This document shows positions 47,437 to 61,140 of a stretch of DNA of 64,000 nt, in pieces. How positions within the stretch are numbered: position 1 is the stretch's first letter; each line of letters opens with the position of its first letter. The notes below the pieces were generated by a model. It saw only the letters and a program-made list of their open reading frames with translations, was not told the origin of the DNA and did not search any database. Location: assembly GCA_973895155.1 (NCBI GenBank), contig OZ316894.1:10030379-10094378 (forward strand), in the 5' to 3' direction. Origin of the DNA: Marsupella aquatica (taxonomy: Eukaryota; Plantae; Marchantiophyta). Made by a program: the position numbers and the translations under genes.

Positions 47437-50400
47437 TCACGTTTGCTTTCTTTCCCATTTTCCTTCTCTCCTACTGTCTCTCTCTCTGCGTTCTACAATT
47501 TGCCTGGGTAGCCGAGAACTTCTAGTACTACCTTGCCTTTGACTACCAGCTATATTACCAGCAGACCCCCCATCTAAGCCTGAACCACCACCTTCCCCAT
47601 CACCAAAATTATTTCCATCACCCGTCTCAACCCGGGAAACGCCATTACCCTCGGTACCCGAATCATCATAACTACCTCGTTCATCACGATCACGACCAGC
47701 TTGTGTAAACCCTGAATTATGGGACCTACTACTTGTACTAGGGCCAGCAGTGGCAGCTGCTGTTGCTGATGAAGAGGAAGATCCACCACCAGGGTTACCA
47801 GCAGCCGCTGCCGTTGGAGTGGCAGGAGGGGTTACACCGCTCTCCCGGCCTCCACTGCCACCTGCTGCTGCAGCACTTGATCGAGAACTTCCCTCATGGA
47901 CTGTTCGCCCACTCTCTCTTTCTCTTTCACGATATCTCTCCCGTGGGCGGCTGCTGTAGAAGGCAAGATAAGTAATGTTAATTCTTAGTCAAGTGAATAA
48001 TCATAATTCCTTGTAGTCTTCTAGTCTGCTGCTCTTCAATTTGTTTCTTGGACTCTACACTGTTAGGTCCTGCAAGATTAGCAATCATCTCACCTGCTTG
48101 GTGTTGGAGTGGAACTTGCAAACTCCCCACGGCGAGTAGATCGAACAGCACCTGATTCTCTTTGCTCCAGTTCTCTTTGATATTCTCTCTGCGGGTCACA
48201 AGGGGAAAATTTCAGAACAGAACCCGTCAGCGACGTTACGGCTTCCATCTGTCATTGCCTTTTTTCAAGGTTACGGTCGTGGTAATGATATCTCAGCAAC
48301 TGACAACACATGCTATCCTGTGCTTAGCAGAAAGGCAAAAAGACTTGCCTGAGAACGCCTTTCAGCTTCCATTTCAAGGGTGTGGCGCATTTCTCTAGTT
48401 TTGGATCGCTCTTTCTCAAGTGTTCGCTGCCTCTCAATTTCACGTTCAGCCTCTGCTGATTTCTCTCTGAAAGAAAAATGACAGACTTAAGAGGCAATAA
48501 TCACAAATAAAATCTAGGTTTTCGAAGAGATCGTCATAGACCAAAAATTTGCATAACTAGACTCCCTGAAGATTTTGAAACGTATCGAGCAAGAACAGAG
48601 TTTGAGAAGAACCCTACAAGTTTTTACGACTAATTGCATGACCTCCCACCAGCAAAGTGCTGGTAGTGGAATCCAGTGGAAGCCCAATGATATCACCAAC
48701 CTGTCCAGATCTTGTAACAGCTCAATCTCTCGGGCAGCTGCTATTTCCATTGCCAGTTGGCGATCACGACGTGCAATCCTTTGTTTCTCTCGGCGAGCAG
48801 CAATAACTGCCTTCATGTTGTTTCGTTCCCTGCTTCCATGAGGAATGTGGATATTAAAATCAGGTTAAAATTATCCTGAGCAAGGAATCCATACATTTTA
48901 ATAGAGGGCACCTGACAAGGACGACTAAAGCCAGTGTGATCAATCGACATTAATTTCTAAAATTTCTGTGATAGCGGTGTCATTTGAATGGTTCTAGTAT
49001 TTCTTCGAGATCACCAGTGCATTTTAACACTAAACCGTGAACACTGTTGACAAGTTCATCTTCTCGGATGCAATTCTTACACCCGCAACTACGCTATGCC
49101 ATTCAGGATTTCCTTGAAAATCTTGTTCTCTTTGAATACGTAGTTCATAAAGATAGCCAGATAGACATCATACTCTGCCAAAGTTAGGCTCTTGAGCTGC
49201 ATAAGACGCTCCCTTGCATCCACGTGCACCTTCCCTGAGCAAAAGCTTGGATATCAGATGCTTAACGCACATTGATTAACTGGACGGGGAAAATCTTTGC
49301 TCTTCAAAGTGAAGGAGATCCTGATAAAACAATGCCAAAGATTCTGATTCAAAGAAGCCAGAAATTCGAAAGTTCAAGAATTCATTGAAAATACTTTGTG
49401 CCATTGTTGGTGTGTCGAATAGAACTGGTGTATGACGACTCTCAATAGCCACTTCTGTTTCCACAAGCCTTTCCTGACTTACGACCTCAAGCTCAATCTC
49501 TGCTTCCTCCAGCTCCTGTTCCAAATTGACATCAGATCAGTACACATTACGATGCTTCGATTAGTAGAGGGAGCTACTTAGACGCGAACTCCCCATGACA
49601 AAATTCTCAGGGGACGACTTAGAATGATCTGGTCATCAGAGTGGTCATTACAAGTGTGTACCTTGGCAAGATCTTCTGCAGCAGATGTGGTGGAATCTTC
49701 CTTGGACCAGACCGCACATAGTCGTGCTAAGACCTGCAAGGATTTCTCTTATCAGCACTCATGGATTACTCTCTGTGAAAACAGCTAACAATCAAGATTT
49801 CAACGCAAGAATGACGGCTCCATTTGCGGAAGAAATATATGCCTTAAGTTCCACACTTGTAGCCAGGAAAGGAGAACTAACCTCTAGTACCGCCTCTTGA
49901 ACGGGTGCAAAATTGGAGTCGGAAGATGGCTTCTCCACATTCCCTGATATGATATTCTTCAAAGACTGCACTACGACCAACCCCATTTATCAAAAAAATT
50001 TAGAAGACACAGCTTTTCAAAGTGATAATCACAAAGCTACAAGCTCACAATAATGAAGAAATTTCAATCCAGGTACAGTAGCTACTTTTCAAAGATGCAA
50101 AACAGAGCAAAGTTCTCGAAGAGAAGAGGGGAATCTATCCCAACCTCTTTGGCTGCCTCTCCATGCTCCCGTAACTTCAACAAAGCCTGACACAATATAC
50201 GCTCTGGCTGTGCCAATACACCTCCTAGACACATCCCATAGAAATCAAGTGTCAATAGACGTGCCGTGTACTTTAATAAACTATTACTGGATGAACAAAT
50301 ATACGATGGGCTACAACCAGGAATATCTCATGCAAAACTTTTGCCTGAAGATTTCCACACATCTGACGATTCGTTCATCCACCCCATCCCCCAAGCACCA

Positions 50401-53400
50401 AGAACACTCATCTTCTTCTCTACCATCATGTATAACAGAATGTCCCTCTACCAAAATTTCTCAACACGACAACACTGGATCTGCTAAATCACTCTTCTCT
50501 CGAGAACCAAAATAAGAAGGTTTCTTCATGCAGAGACCAGTACAGAAGCCAACAACTCATCGTCCATATTTAAATGATACAGATTATGCAAAATTATTGC
50601 ACCCTTCTCACCGGTTTTAGAATCTGCCATTAACTTAACAGTATCCCAAACTCTAGCAGGTACCATGTTGACATCTGCTTCAGGAATATAGAGGCAGCTC
50701 CTACTAAGAACCATCAAAGCGAGCCTTGTAAGAGGACCAGGGTTATTAGTCACTCCTGAGCTGGTAGATGTCGGGAGAACAGTGTCGCTTGATATCAAAA
50801 ATGACTGCAGCTGATTTAGTTTTGCGTAAGGGACGAATTTCAGCAAAAGCTCCATAGCTTCTTTCCGCAATCCCAGCAATGGATCACAAGCCGCAGTTGC
50901 TGCTACTTTCTCCCAGGTTGAAGCAACTAGGACCTGAGAAAGGCCTTGTAATTTGGGCTCCTGAGCAGAACCTGAGCTGGGCAATTCATCTGGGCCAATC
51001 TCTAAGGGCCAATCTAACTCATGTTTCATTAGTTTTCGAAGCTGCTGCAAAGCTCCAAATCGTTGCTCTGGTTCAGAGTGATCAAGCATGTTACACAGGA
51101 GCCTAATCAATGGATCGGATGCCAGACTCAATGTGTCCATACCAGTCACTGGAAGTGCCTTTGCCAGCCACTGACTAGCTTGCAACCTCCAAGCCACGCG
51201 TGGTGCATGGCTACATTGATACTGCAGTACAGCGCAAATGGCACTCAAAGCTTGAGAAGAGACAGAAGGATGTAAAAGGGAGAGTAGGTAATCCATGATG
51301 ACTGAAGCCACCTGCCAACAATGAGCTTCCTGGAGTTTCATAACTCCTTTAGCCAAAACCTCAATGGGATGGGAGGGATGACTCAGCGCAGCTTCCAACT
51401 GGCGGCACCCTGCATCTTCTGATGTCCTCTCAGACTTTCCCTCCGGAGTAAGGGACTGACTATTGGCACGATGCCCTTGAAAACCAGAATAGTACAAACA
51501 CTTTGCTGCCAGATGAGCAGTCTTGGAAGTCAATTGAGGATGAATCTTCCAGCATGCTTCAAGGGCAGGGCCCAGAGCTTCCACCACCTTCGAACACTTT
51601 CTCTTGAACTCTTCTATCAGGACAACAGACCCAAATGGATTAATCACTCTCGAGTCGGAATCCAAGCTAGTACGACCTTCGTCAACCGAAGGCTCTTGCT
51701 CATCTTCAGGTGTGTGCTCCGTTACGGCTTCAGACGAAGCTAGATCATCTTGTGTTTCTTCCAGTGAACCTGCAGGTCCCTCGTCTTCAACAGTGCTGTG
51801 CTCCAGTTCTGACTCTTCGTAGTCTAGGCAAGAAGGATCCAAGGCTTGAGATGTGCCCTCCTGCTGTCTGGGTGTAAGTGGAGGGCCCGTCGGAGCCGTG
51901 AGTGCAAATAGCGCTTGAGTTGCTGATTTTCGAGCAGGAGGCTTTTCGTCGCTGGCATTATTGCCATTTGGTTCACCACTAAGCCTCTCCAAAAGAAGAC
52001 CACATTCTCCCAGTATCTTTTGAAATGCTCGGAGGTAGTCATAAAAAAATCTTGAATTGCCAATTGCAAAGTTTGTCCACTGTAGAAACGAGGCTATCAA
52101 TTCATTTCGCCGGGAAACAGACAAATCCGACAGGAGCGATCCAGCAAGGAAGAGCACAAGAGCGCTCTTTGATTCTCCTGACTGCTGATGATGTGTGGCA
52201 TTAGGGCCCGTCTGGAGGTGTGCCAGCATGGCATCAAAACACAACGACTCAAAACTCATCCCGGGATTTTGAGGTTGAACATAATCTTCGATGGCTGCAG
52301 CCTTTGCCGTTGCATGGGAGATGATTGGCTTCAAAACAGCAAGTACAGACTCTAGTAAAGGCACGTCGCTGTATGTGCTAGAGCAGAGAGACAATAAAAT
52401 GTCTAGTAACCTTGGTAGCTCTGGCACAATAGCTTCCATGTGCTCAACTACAATAACCTCTAGAAGATACAGAATCACGTACTTAACATTTGCAACGGCA
52501 TAACCTTTCACTGAAGAAGCTGGAAATGGTTGACGACAAATCTCCGAAAACCAGCTCAACAAGTCCGGAATACTTGAGGAAGGGAGTGCCTTCAAAAGCT
52601 CACAGACGGACTCCAGGATGGTCTCAGCAATTTCGCTGAACTGTGACCGCAATCCAGGGAAAACAAGATCCAACTCTGGGTATAGGGCTTTGACACGGTC
52701 TCCTGGGTCAACGTGATCATCTTGAGCTGCTACTCCTGAGTTAGGACGGCTGCCGTTCAGTCTGATTCCTGTGGCAACTTTGTAAGCAGCTTCCACGAGA
52801 ACGTCATCCTCTTTTGTCGTCCTCTGCTTCCAACCAAGAACTGAATAAAGCTCATCTGAAAAAATGACGAGCAAGCTTGTCAACTGCTCCACGTCGGAGA
52901 CAAGTAAAAGTCCCGCCTCCTTGTAATAGTTGGCATACCGGCCCAGGGCCATCCACCCAACATATCGAACAAGAGGAAACGATGAGCGTGGAAATTCTTC
53001 AATTTTGGTAAGCCATGCCTCAGCTGGAATCAAGGCTGTCTGGGGCAGACTGCCTTCAGGGATAACTAGAAAATCATGATCATCTCTGACATATCTTCCT
53101 CCACTAGCTGCAAGCACCAATCTGCGCAACAATGCCCACTGTCGGCGAATTCCGTACACCTTTGCTGGCTCGGATGGCATACTTCCATCCTTGACTTGAC
53201 TATAGTACACCACAATTGAGCTATTCAGCCGCTCGGCACACTGGAGAATCACATCTATTATCTGAACGGGTGGGGTGGACAGTTTTGTGGCAGAATCTAG
53301 GATAAGAAGGAGCCCTTGCAAGAGTACTTCATACATATTATGCCTTTCCCTTTGCAATTGGCGGACAAAAAATAAACACAGCAGCTTTTGGTGTTCGCGA

Positions 53401-56400
53401 ACGAGGGTCAAGGCATCCTCTTCTTGAGAATCTTCTTTAAATATCTGAACTCTATTTGAACTTTCCATGTTCTCATCGGAGTCAATAGTAGCGCCTTCTC
53501 CTGGGGTCTTGCCCTCATTGCTGTCCCACTCAGCTGCCTCCAACAAAATCGAAAGAACAGCTTTGTCCCTTTCTTCTTCGAGCGCAAAAACCTTTTCAAG
53601 ACCTTCCTTGTTTCTGCTGAGTATCTTCTTCCTTCCAGCCTGAGCGTTGTCTGTAGAGAAAGGTAAGTCCAGCAAAGTACTGAACCGAGTAAATTGATCT
53701 TGATATTCCAAAGAAGGAACCATAAAAAGGGGATTTAGATGACATTCTGCTGCTAGAAGAAGAGCATCAATGGCAGCTTGATGGCTTTCCAAGCTCACAT
53801 CTCTTCGAGAGTGTAGCTCTGTAGCAAAACGTGTAAATTCTAAAGCCCTCAGTTCTCGTTCCTGAGAATTTACAAGCTGCAGATATTCTGATTGAAGATT
53901 AAAATACTTCTCAGCACTTGCTGGATGAAGAATCAGCTTACTTCCACTTGTAGGAGCATCAGTGGTCTTTCCATCACCTTTCTGAGAAAATCCAATAAGC
54001 TTTTGTGTATCTGAAGTGGTGACACCATCAAACTGGCTTGTCACACTTGGTAAGGTTACAATCTTCAGCTCTAGAGGAGCAAATAGAAGATTTGGATCTT
54101 CATTAACGTCAACCTTGGAGCTTCCATCTGTTGACAAGTCCCCCTTGGAGATTGCCTCTTCATCCCCAGGAGCAGAATTAGGAGGGGAGTCAATCCTTGA
54201 AGTTCCACTCCGATCATCTACTGGAACAGACTCAGGCCCACTGCCTCTATCAACTGAACTTCCTCGAGCATCAATCCCTGGCGGTTGTGGAACATGTGGT
54301 GCTAGTATAGAAAGTAGCACACTGCAATAACCAAGGACACAGGGTAATATAAAGGAAATGGGAAAGAACTCTGTAAAATTTTTAGTATGCAGACACTCTA
54401 GTACCAGAGAACACTTTTCAAACAAAACAACTGTGAAATAATAACAGAAAACTCTTAGACAGATATACCGTATGAGCTAAAGAGAAGAATCCTCAGCAAC
54501 AAGAGATCATGGTACAAGAGAAAATAGCAAGATCGACACAATCATAGGCAGATCCGCAACACAAGCTTATTGCTTCCTTCAGGAAGGATATGAAGGAATG
54601 TGCACATAGCATTTTTAAGTGAGAAGTGGTAGCCATTGCGTGCAAGTGAAGTTTTAAGTCCTGAATACAAACCTGGGGGTAACATATCCTCTTTTCCATT
54701 CAGCCTCCATGGTAGGAAGAACCGCAGGCTTTTGGATGGCGGCACGAAGAAGATCAAGTGCCAAGGCACATGATTGTTCTTGCTTTACATCAAGTACAGC
54801 AGATACATCCCCAAAGGCGATAGTACTCTTCACTGGAGTAATTGCAGGAATTAGGAAAGGCTCCAGTATCTCTATCAGAAAGAGCACATGGTGCTTGACG
54901 TCCTGCACTCATCCCCATCACGAAAAGACAAATGATAATCTTTAAAGAGTAGTCAATAACGTAAGGCCATAAATCCAGAACCTGCGAGATATTATTACTG
55001 TATGCCCTGTATCACACCAGTCCTGTGCAAAATCCTATACCAGCCACATTCCAAGGCCATTGTCAAACATTCAAATACCACAACAGATGAATATTAAGCA
55101 GGGATTACCAACCTTATACTGTGCAAGAACGTCATCTACATGTCCTGACAGAGCCAACATCAAGTACACAAGGGCTGAACGTCCATAAGGAGTCACTCCA
55201 TGACCTGCCTGTAGCACCTTCGGAAATGAGCATAATCTTATGTATATATTTCTTAAGACAAACAAATTTTGAGAGAAAACGCAAAAATGAGTGATGGCAT
55301 CGTAACTGAGACAGCACAACAATGGTCCAATATTGCTCTGACAGTAAGGATGAAAATAGTGAAGCTCTTGACTTTGAGGAAAAAGAATGGCTGGTGTTCA
55401 ACCTGAACGATGCCTAAGAGATCTCCCAAAAGCTCAATTGCAAGATCTATCTGTCACAAAACAAGAAAATTTGAGTTAAAGGTGGACCTTTTCGTCCTGG
55501 GCCATGTCACTAAGGATCAATAACAACATCTCTTGGACGAGGAGAGAGATCAAAATTTGGTCTAACCTTGGCTACAACCATAGGGAGCCATGATGCCAGT
55601 GACCCGGCACATAGGTCTATCAACACGCAAGCAGCTTTCTCCTGCATTACCGACCAAAAGCATTCTTAGTATCTGTTGGATGTCGCCTTCATATAGCTTT
55701 TGCGATCCAAATAGGCTGGTGATTATAATCAGGTTTTCAAATGCGACAGATTGCCAAACCCTGCTTCAAACATTATCCATGATTGGACACGTACATGAGC
55801 TGGTGAATAAGATGCCAGATAGCCCGCACAGGCATCGAGTAGTGGTCGATACAATGGAGAAGTTGAGAGTGCCACAACCTGCAAGATTGACAGTTAGAAG
55901 CTTGATGCAGACCAAGTGTACGGCTTGATCCATCATTGGCCGAGCATTCATTGCGTCTACAAAACATAGTGTACCTCAGAAACAACGATACATCAATACT
56001 TCCAGCAAATCCCTATAAATCTTATAACTCATATATTTTACTTATACAATCACCTGTGATAAACAACGTTGGGTCAAAGGTGACTGCCACTGCCAAAATG
56101 TCTCATCAACATTATCAGCCTCTGCTGTGGTACTTGGGGGTGGACGGAGAGCTGTGAAAAAATAACAAACCTCCCAGCAAAGTTGATGTAATTATTTTAG
56201 CACAGAGAAAGTGTTTCCCAGATGTATCCAGTCAGAAAACCAACGCTCTACCTGTATCTTAGCCCAAAAGGCCTCAAAAACTTAAGCTTCTGAAGAACGA
56301 TAGACCAACATGCTTCCTTACTAGGGTCTCAAATAATAGCACAAATTTCTGTGATCCTGGTGACTAAGGAAAAGTCAATAAGTTTGGCACCTGGAAGCAT

Positions 56401-59400
56401 CGCTTGTATGAGTGGCAAGACCGGTATCAGGTCAGACTTTGAATCCGCCAACCTCCGAGATGTAGTTGGCTGGTAACACCCAAAAAATGAAGCAGATTTG
56501 AATGACAACGTGCTCAAGCACAGCAATGAGGTCCCACATGCTCAGTGTAAAGAAGGCATTTCTTAGTTCTTTACTTTTGAAAAGTACAAATTGCACGGAG
56601 ATGACAGGCAGGTCTACTTTATGCTTCTGACAAACGATGTCGAAATGGAGATCAACTTATGGAGCATACTTGTGATGCACAGGAAAATAGGATATGAAGG
56701 AGTCCTTCTTCCACAGCTGCCACATCCAGAACACCCGATTGGCTAATCTCCACAGCATCATCGCCTAAAGTCCTGTAGTCGTCCCCAAAGATTGAAGAGT
56801 AATCGGACAAAAACGTGGGAGTTGTAACTGTCTCAGAGGCCCCAGCTCCTTCCTCCAGGCCTGTACCGGTCACCCCGCCTGAGGTGACCGTAGAGTCACC
56901 TACGGACAGTAAGCTCTCTCCGGATAAAGAAGACCCATTCAGCTTACGCAGAAGCCTAGCAACCTGCGAAAGGTCATACCCCCACAATCTTGAATCATCT
57001 GAAAATAACTGACCTAGTCTGCTCAGAATCGTGAAAGCGGAAATATCGACTCCTCTGCTTTATAAATCTCTTGAACATGTAAAGCGTACAAACATCATCT
57101 GCAACACAACAAAGACATCACCTTTCGGCACAAGTTTCCAAGATGGTTATCTTTGCATGCAGCTCTCAGTAGAACTAATACAGCATCGGGACGTTGAGCC
57201 AAACCGTGGCCGGAGGCTGGTTGCACTACTCCAGGACTGCGAACTCTTTTCGGTGGAGCCTGTCATTTGCAAGCTCACATCAATTCGCGACTTCCAGTTC
57301 AGATTCGACAAACTTAAATGGCTCCAGCTTCAAGATACATTTCGAATACTAGACTGTCCATACAACATAATTACAGCAGTTCATGTCAGTTCGCAAAACC
57401 TGGAAATTTGAAGAAACAGTAAAAACAGTAGGTTGATTGCTTTTTGTTGCCTCTGGTTCAGATCCTGCAGTAGCCGCCTTGTCATTTTCCCTAGAAGTGC
57501 ATCCAAATGCGCTGTAGGTATGAGATGGATGTTGCGAACAAAAAGCTTACTTGTGAATAGGAGCAATAATAATTTGTTTCAATGTAATGCTCGTTCAAGA
57601 AACAATTCGTTTTTAAATAGCAGAAACTAAAAACGTTTCAAAATTCTCTAAATAAATAACATAAACAATCTACTTAGAAAGCTGTCATTTGTTGCCTTGA
57701 AGAATTATTTGTACAAGAATACTTTGCCTATCTACAGATATCTCCAATGCACCAAAGCAAATCATTGGACTTCATTCCAGTTTATGAGGAGAAAATATCA
57801 AACTGAAAGCGCGGCTCACAAGAAGAATGTTTCTTTAAAGATTTACCTTCCGCCTACAGCCTTTAGGATGGCGTAAAATGGACCGACTAGCATGGCAAGG
57901 AACCGGATTGAAGATTCCATCCCATCAGTACCCACACCCAGCTCTCCCTGGGCAAAGAAAGCCAATCGGTGTCATTGGCCACCGGTAAACCTCCAAACAC
58001 ATAATTGCACAAATTGGCACACCTCGACTTCACGAAAGCGAATGAAAAGCCTTGTTTCCAGCAATTACGAAAGCAACCACGTCATCTCGGTCGACACATG
58101 CATTGATGAAACACAGACACAGATATAAACAAAGATAAACGCTCTGAGACTTAGGAATTGACATACCTCAAGTTGTGAGAGGAAAGGGGATAGTCGACTT
58201 GCAATGTCTTGAAGAAGCTGTGGATAAAGAAGCGTTTGTCAGTGTAATGAAGGTTATAAACACAGAAATGTATGTAGCTCCGTCCTTTCACATCGATAGG
58301 TGAAGAAATTAAATATCAAAACAACTAGAACACACCTGGATATATATGTCCTGAGGATCTCGGATGTGAGCAATGACATGAGGCAAAACGTGATCAACGA
58401 CTGGTTGCAGCTCAGGCTCTAGGCCAGGAACAGGGATCCCCATCAACTACATGACAACGCAATAAAAACAAAAACTCCCACTGTCAGGGAGGAGAAATCC
58501 AAAGCGATCCAAATAAACAATTTCATACCAACATTCACAAGCGGCTCCATTTACGCCTAGAAATTGATATCTTTTCACCCAGATGAGAGGATCTTTACAA
58601 ACGTTGTGAACACACCTGTACGTGAAATATGGCTATTGGATTCCCCCGGATACATGAGATCCGCACAAAGCAGCAGGGTTGATAGCCCACATGATAAGTG
58701 ACATCCCGTCGAGGTGCTTCGCATCTTGGCCTGACCTTCAGATAGGTGTCTGGCTACTCAAAGATGGAAAAAGCAAGTTAAGCAATTTGAGAAAAAAATG
58801 ACGTCCACTGATATCCAGGGCAGATACATGGATATTCAGGTCTTCAGGCCTACTTCATGCTTCACAATGATCCTTCAGTCCTCTCTATAACAGTTGCTTC
58901 TCTTTCCATTGCAAGAAGCTTTCATGCCATCATGAGAAGCAAATTCAAGAATACAATGGGCATGATCCACCACACCCACCCAAACACACAGGAGCCCTGT
59001 ACGCCAGTCTGAACCTCAGCAAGCGCATGGCTAAGTCGAGCCTAAAAGACCAATCCACTCAACTTCACGGGCTACTATTTGGCAATGTTCCTACAGACTC
59101 TGCAATGTTCCTACAAACTCCCTCCTCTGAATCTCTACAATTATATCCACAACCCAACCAAAATTCTTTCCTTGTAAATCCCAACATCGATGGTCATTGC
59201 AATAGTCTGCATAGCTTTCGCTAAACTGTAGTGGTGTTTCAGAAATTTTCGACTAAGCATCCCACGCTCTCTGTTTAATTCTAGGCCACCTGGCAAGCGT
59301 GATGCAAAACAAGGATTCAACAGCACATAGCAGTAGGAGGAAGATCATCCCCCTCGCTTAGTCCCGTTACTTGTCAAGCCGAGGTTCAGAGGAATACCTT

Positions 59401-60098
59401 GAAGCGAAGTCCTATGGAGATTTCCCACTCAAGCACTGACTTGTTGTGTATCCGAATATGTGAAAGAAGACATGTCTCCTGCTCAAAATTTGGTTGACCG
59501 GCACAGAAACAAATGAGAGGAATTCAAACCACTAGTAAGGCCAGGAAGTTTTCAGACATATTGAATTGTCAAAGTCGTAGAAAAATTAGTGCCTCCAGGC
59601 CAGCAGCAAAAACATGGTGACTCGAGTGAATGGAAGCGTTTAAACTCAGTCAAAATGCAGAAAGTGAAGGTCAGTTCTTCCCTTTCGAATCATTCCCTGG
59701 GAGTATTTTAATGGAAATTGTGAGAAGCATATTTGAGCTGGAATTAAGCAAGAGTGCGCCCGAACCAGTACACTGACAGCTCGTGAGCTAAAGCAAGGGA
59801 GAGATGGTCAATGCCTATGACTATTCAGTCGTCCTCAGCATTTTCTGGGAGGCACACTTGCCCGGAACAAAGACAGAGAGTGGCAATTGGGAATTAACAC
59901 AGACGTTCCATGTCGAGGTCGTGATGGACATACCTCCAGCTCGAGAACCAGCCACTCCTTAGCATTGGTGGAAGTGGACCAATGCGTTCGCAGATCAGGA
60001 TCGAGAACCTGTGCAGCCTTCTGCGCAGCAGACTCACGTGAGACGCTGCGCACCTTATATGGTAGCGACTGCACTCTGCCCTCCACATCCGGCTCCAT
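47437..60098 (-). CDS. Large conserved plant protein of unknown function (~2287 aa): N-terminal galactose-binding-like beta-sandwich, helical ARM/HEAT-like body, coiled coil and R/E/S/G-rich tail
   Basis: 26 phase-consistent exons: 60098-59934, 59478-59398, 58753-58616, 58446-58336, 58217-58167, 57947-57847, 57490-57400, 57259-57122, 56963-56670, 56469-56391, 56151-56054, 55878-55795, 55641-55567, 55450-55403, 55208-55113, 54902-54673, 54321-50612, 50224-50145, 49965-49882, 49733-49662, 49515-49395, 49234-49174, 48829-48701, 48466-48349, 48188-48094, 47950-47437. The N-terminus (SRES..QKA.QVLDPDLRTHWST..KEWL.LEL..CLLSHIRI.NKSVLEWEI..RPRCEAPRRD) and C-terminus (RREGKWERK) match a family I recall as conserved across land plants. 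Fold calls are inference. Confidence 0.9.
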
Positions 60099-60575
60099 CT
60101 CCTCCACTTCTCTCAGCTCCTGTCCCTCACTCTCCCTGAAACCTATCGGTCGATCTCCCTCCTCTGCTTCCGCATCAATGAATCATCAAATCAATCGATC
60201 TCTCAATCAGTCAATCAACCAACAGCCGCTTGCGTCAAATACACAAAACCGCCGCCGGCAACCCACCAAAGCAGCTGCATCACATCGCCTTCTCGAAGAT
60301 GGAGAAGTGATGGCTTTCCGAGAAATGCAGAGAAACTCGACAGTAGTAGGAATAGTCGATGTCCCTTCCTCTGCCTGATTTCCGATCCTCTCTTTCCTTC
60401 TTCGTCGCCTCTCGTCTCTCTTCGAGGGAACACACATTTTCGAGTGACAGGGTTTCGGGGCAGAATCGTTTCTGTTGTCGTCACTCCTGAAAATGTTGTC
60501 GCCCGCCTTCCTTTCAACGTAGTGCATTATTACGACTTTTGTGCCTCTATGTCTGTGTTCATGTTTTAGGGGGGA

Positions 60576-61140
60576 GGGGTTCATTTTCTATAAATAAAAG
60601 AGGGGATGGAAGGGGTTCGTTTTCTATAAATAAAAGAGGGGATGGAAGGGGTTCGATTTCTATAAAGTAAAGGAGGGGATGGAAGGGGTTTGTTTTCTAT
60701 AAATAAAAGAGGGGATGGAAGGGGTTTGTTTTCTATAAATAAAAGAGGGGATGGGAGGGGTTCGTTTTCTATAAATAAAAGAGGGGATGGAAGGGGTCGT
60801 TTTATGTAAATAAAAGAGGGGATGGAACGGGTTGTAGTACATGATTATGAGCTTTGTGAGTGTATGTTTGTGTGTGTGTTTAGGGGGGAGGGGTTCGTTT
60901 TATATAAATACAAGAGTGGATGCAAGGGGTTCCTTTCAACGTTGTACATGATTATGAGCCTTGTGCTTGTATGTGTGTGTTTTATTGGGGAGGGATTAGT
61001 TTTATATAAATAAAAGAGGGGATGCAAGGGGTTCCTTTCAACGTTGTACATGATTATGAGCTTTGTGCTTGTGTGCGTTTAAGGGGAAATGTTACAGTAG
61101 TTTTGCATTAAAAGAGGGGATGGAAGGTGGTCCTTTCAAC
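60576..61140. repeat. 36-bp minisatellite (GGGGTTCGTTTTCTATAAATAAAAGAGGGGATGGAA) x~7 plus longer higher-order units
   Basis: Tandem units 60576-~60830, then ~110-bp units containing the same core up to 61140, with scattered copies near 61430 and 61735. Lies ~480 bp upstream of the large gene's ATG. Confidence 0.92.

Noticed and set aside
50526-54425. 1299-aa ORF as a standalone gene
   Set aside because: It is the 3.7-kb internal exon (54321-50612) of the 26-exon gene plus intronic read-through at both ends.
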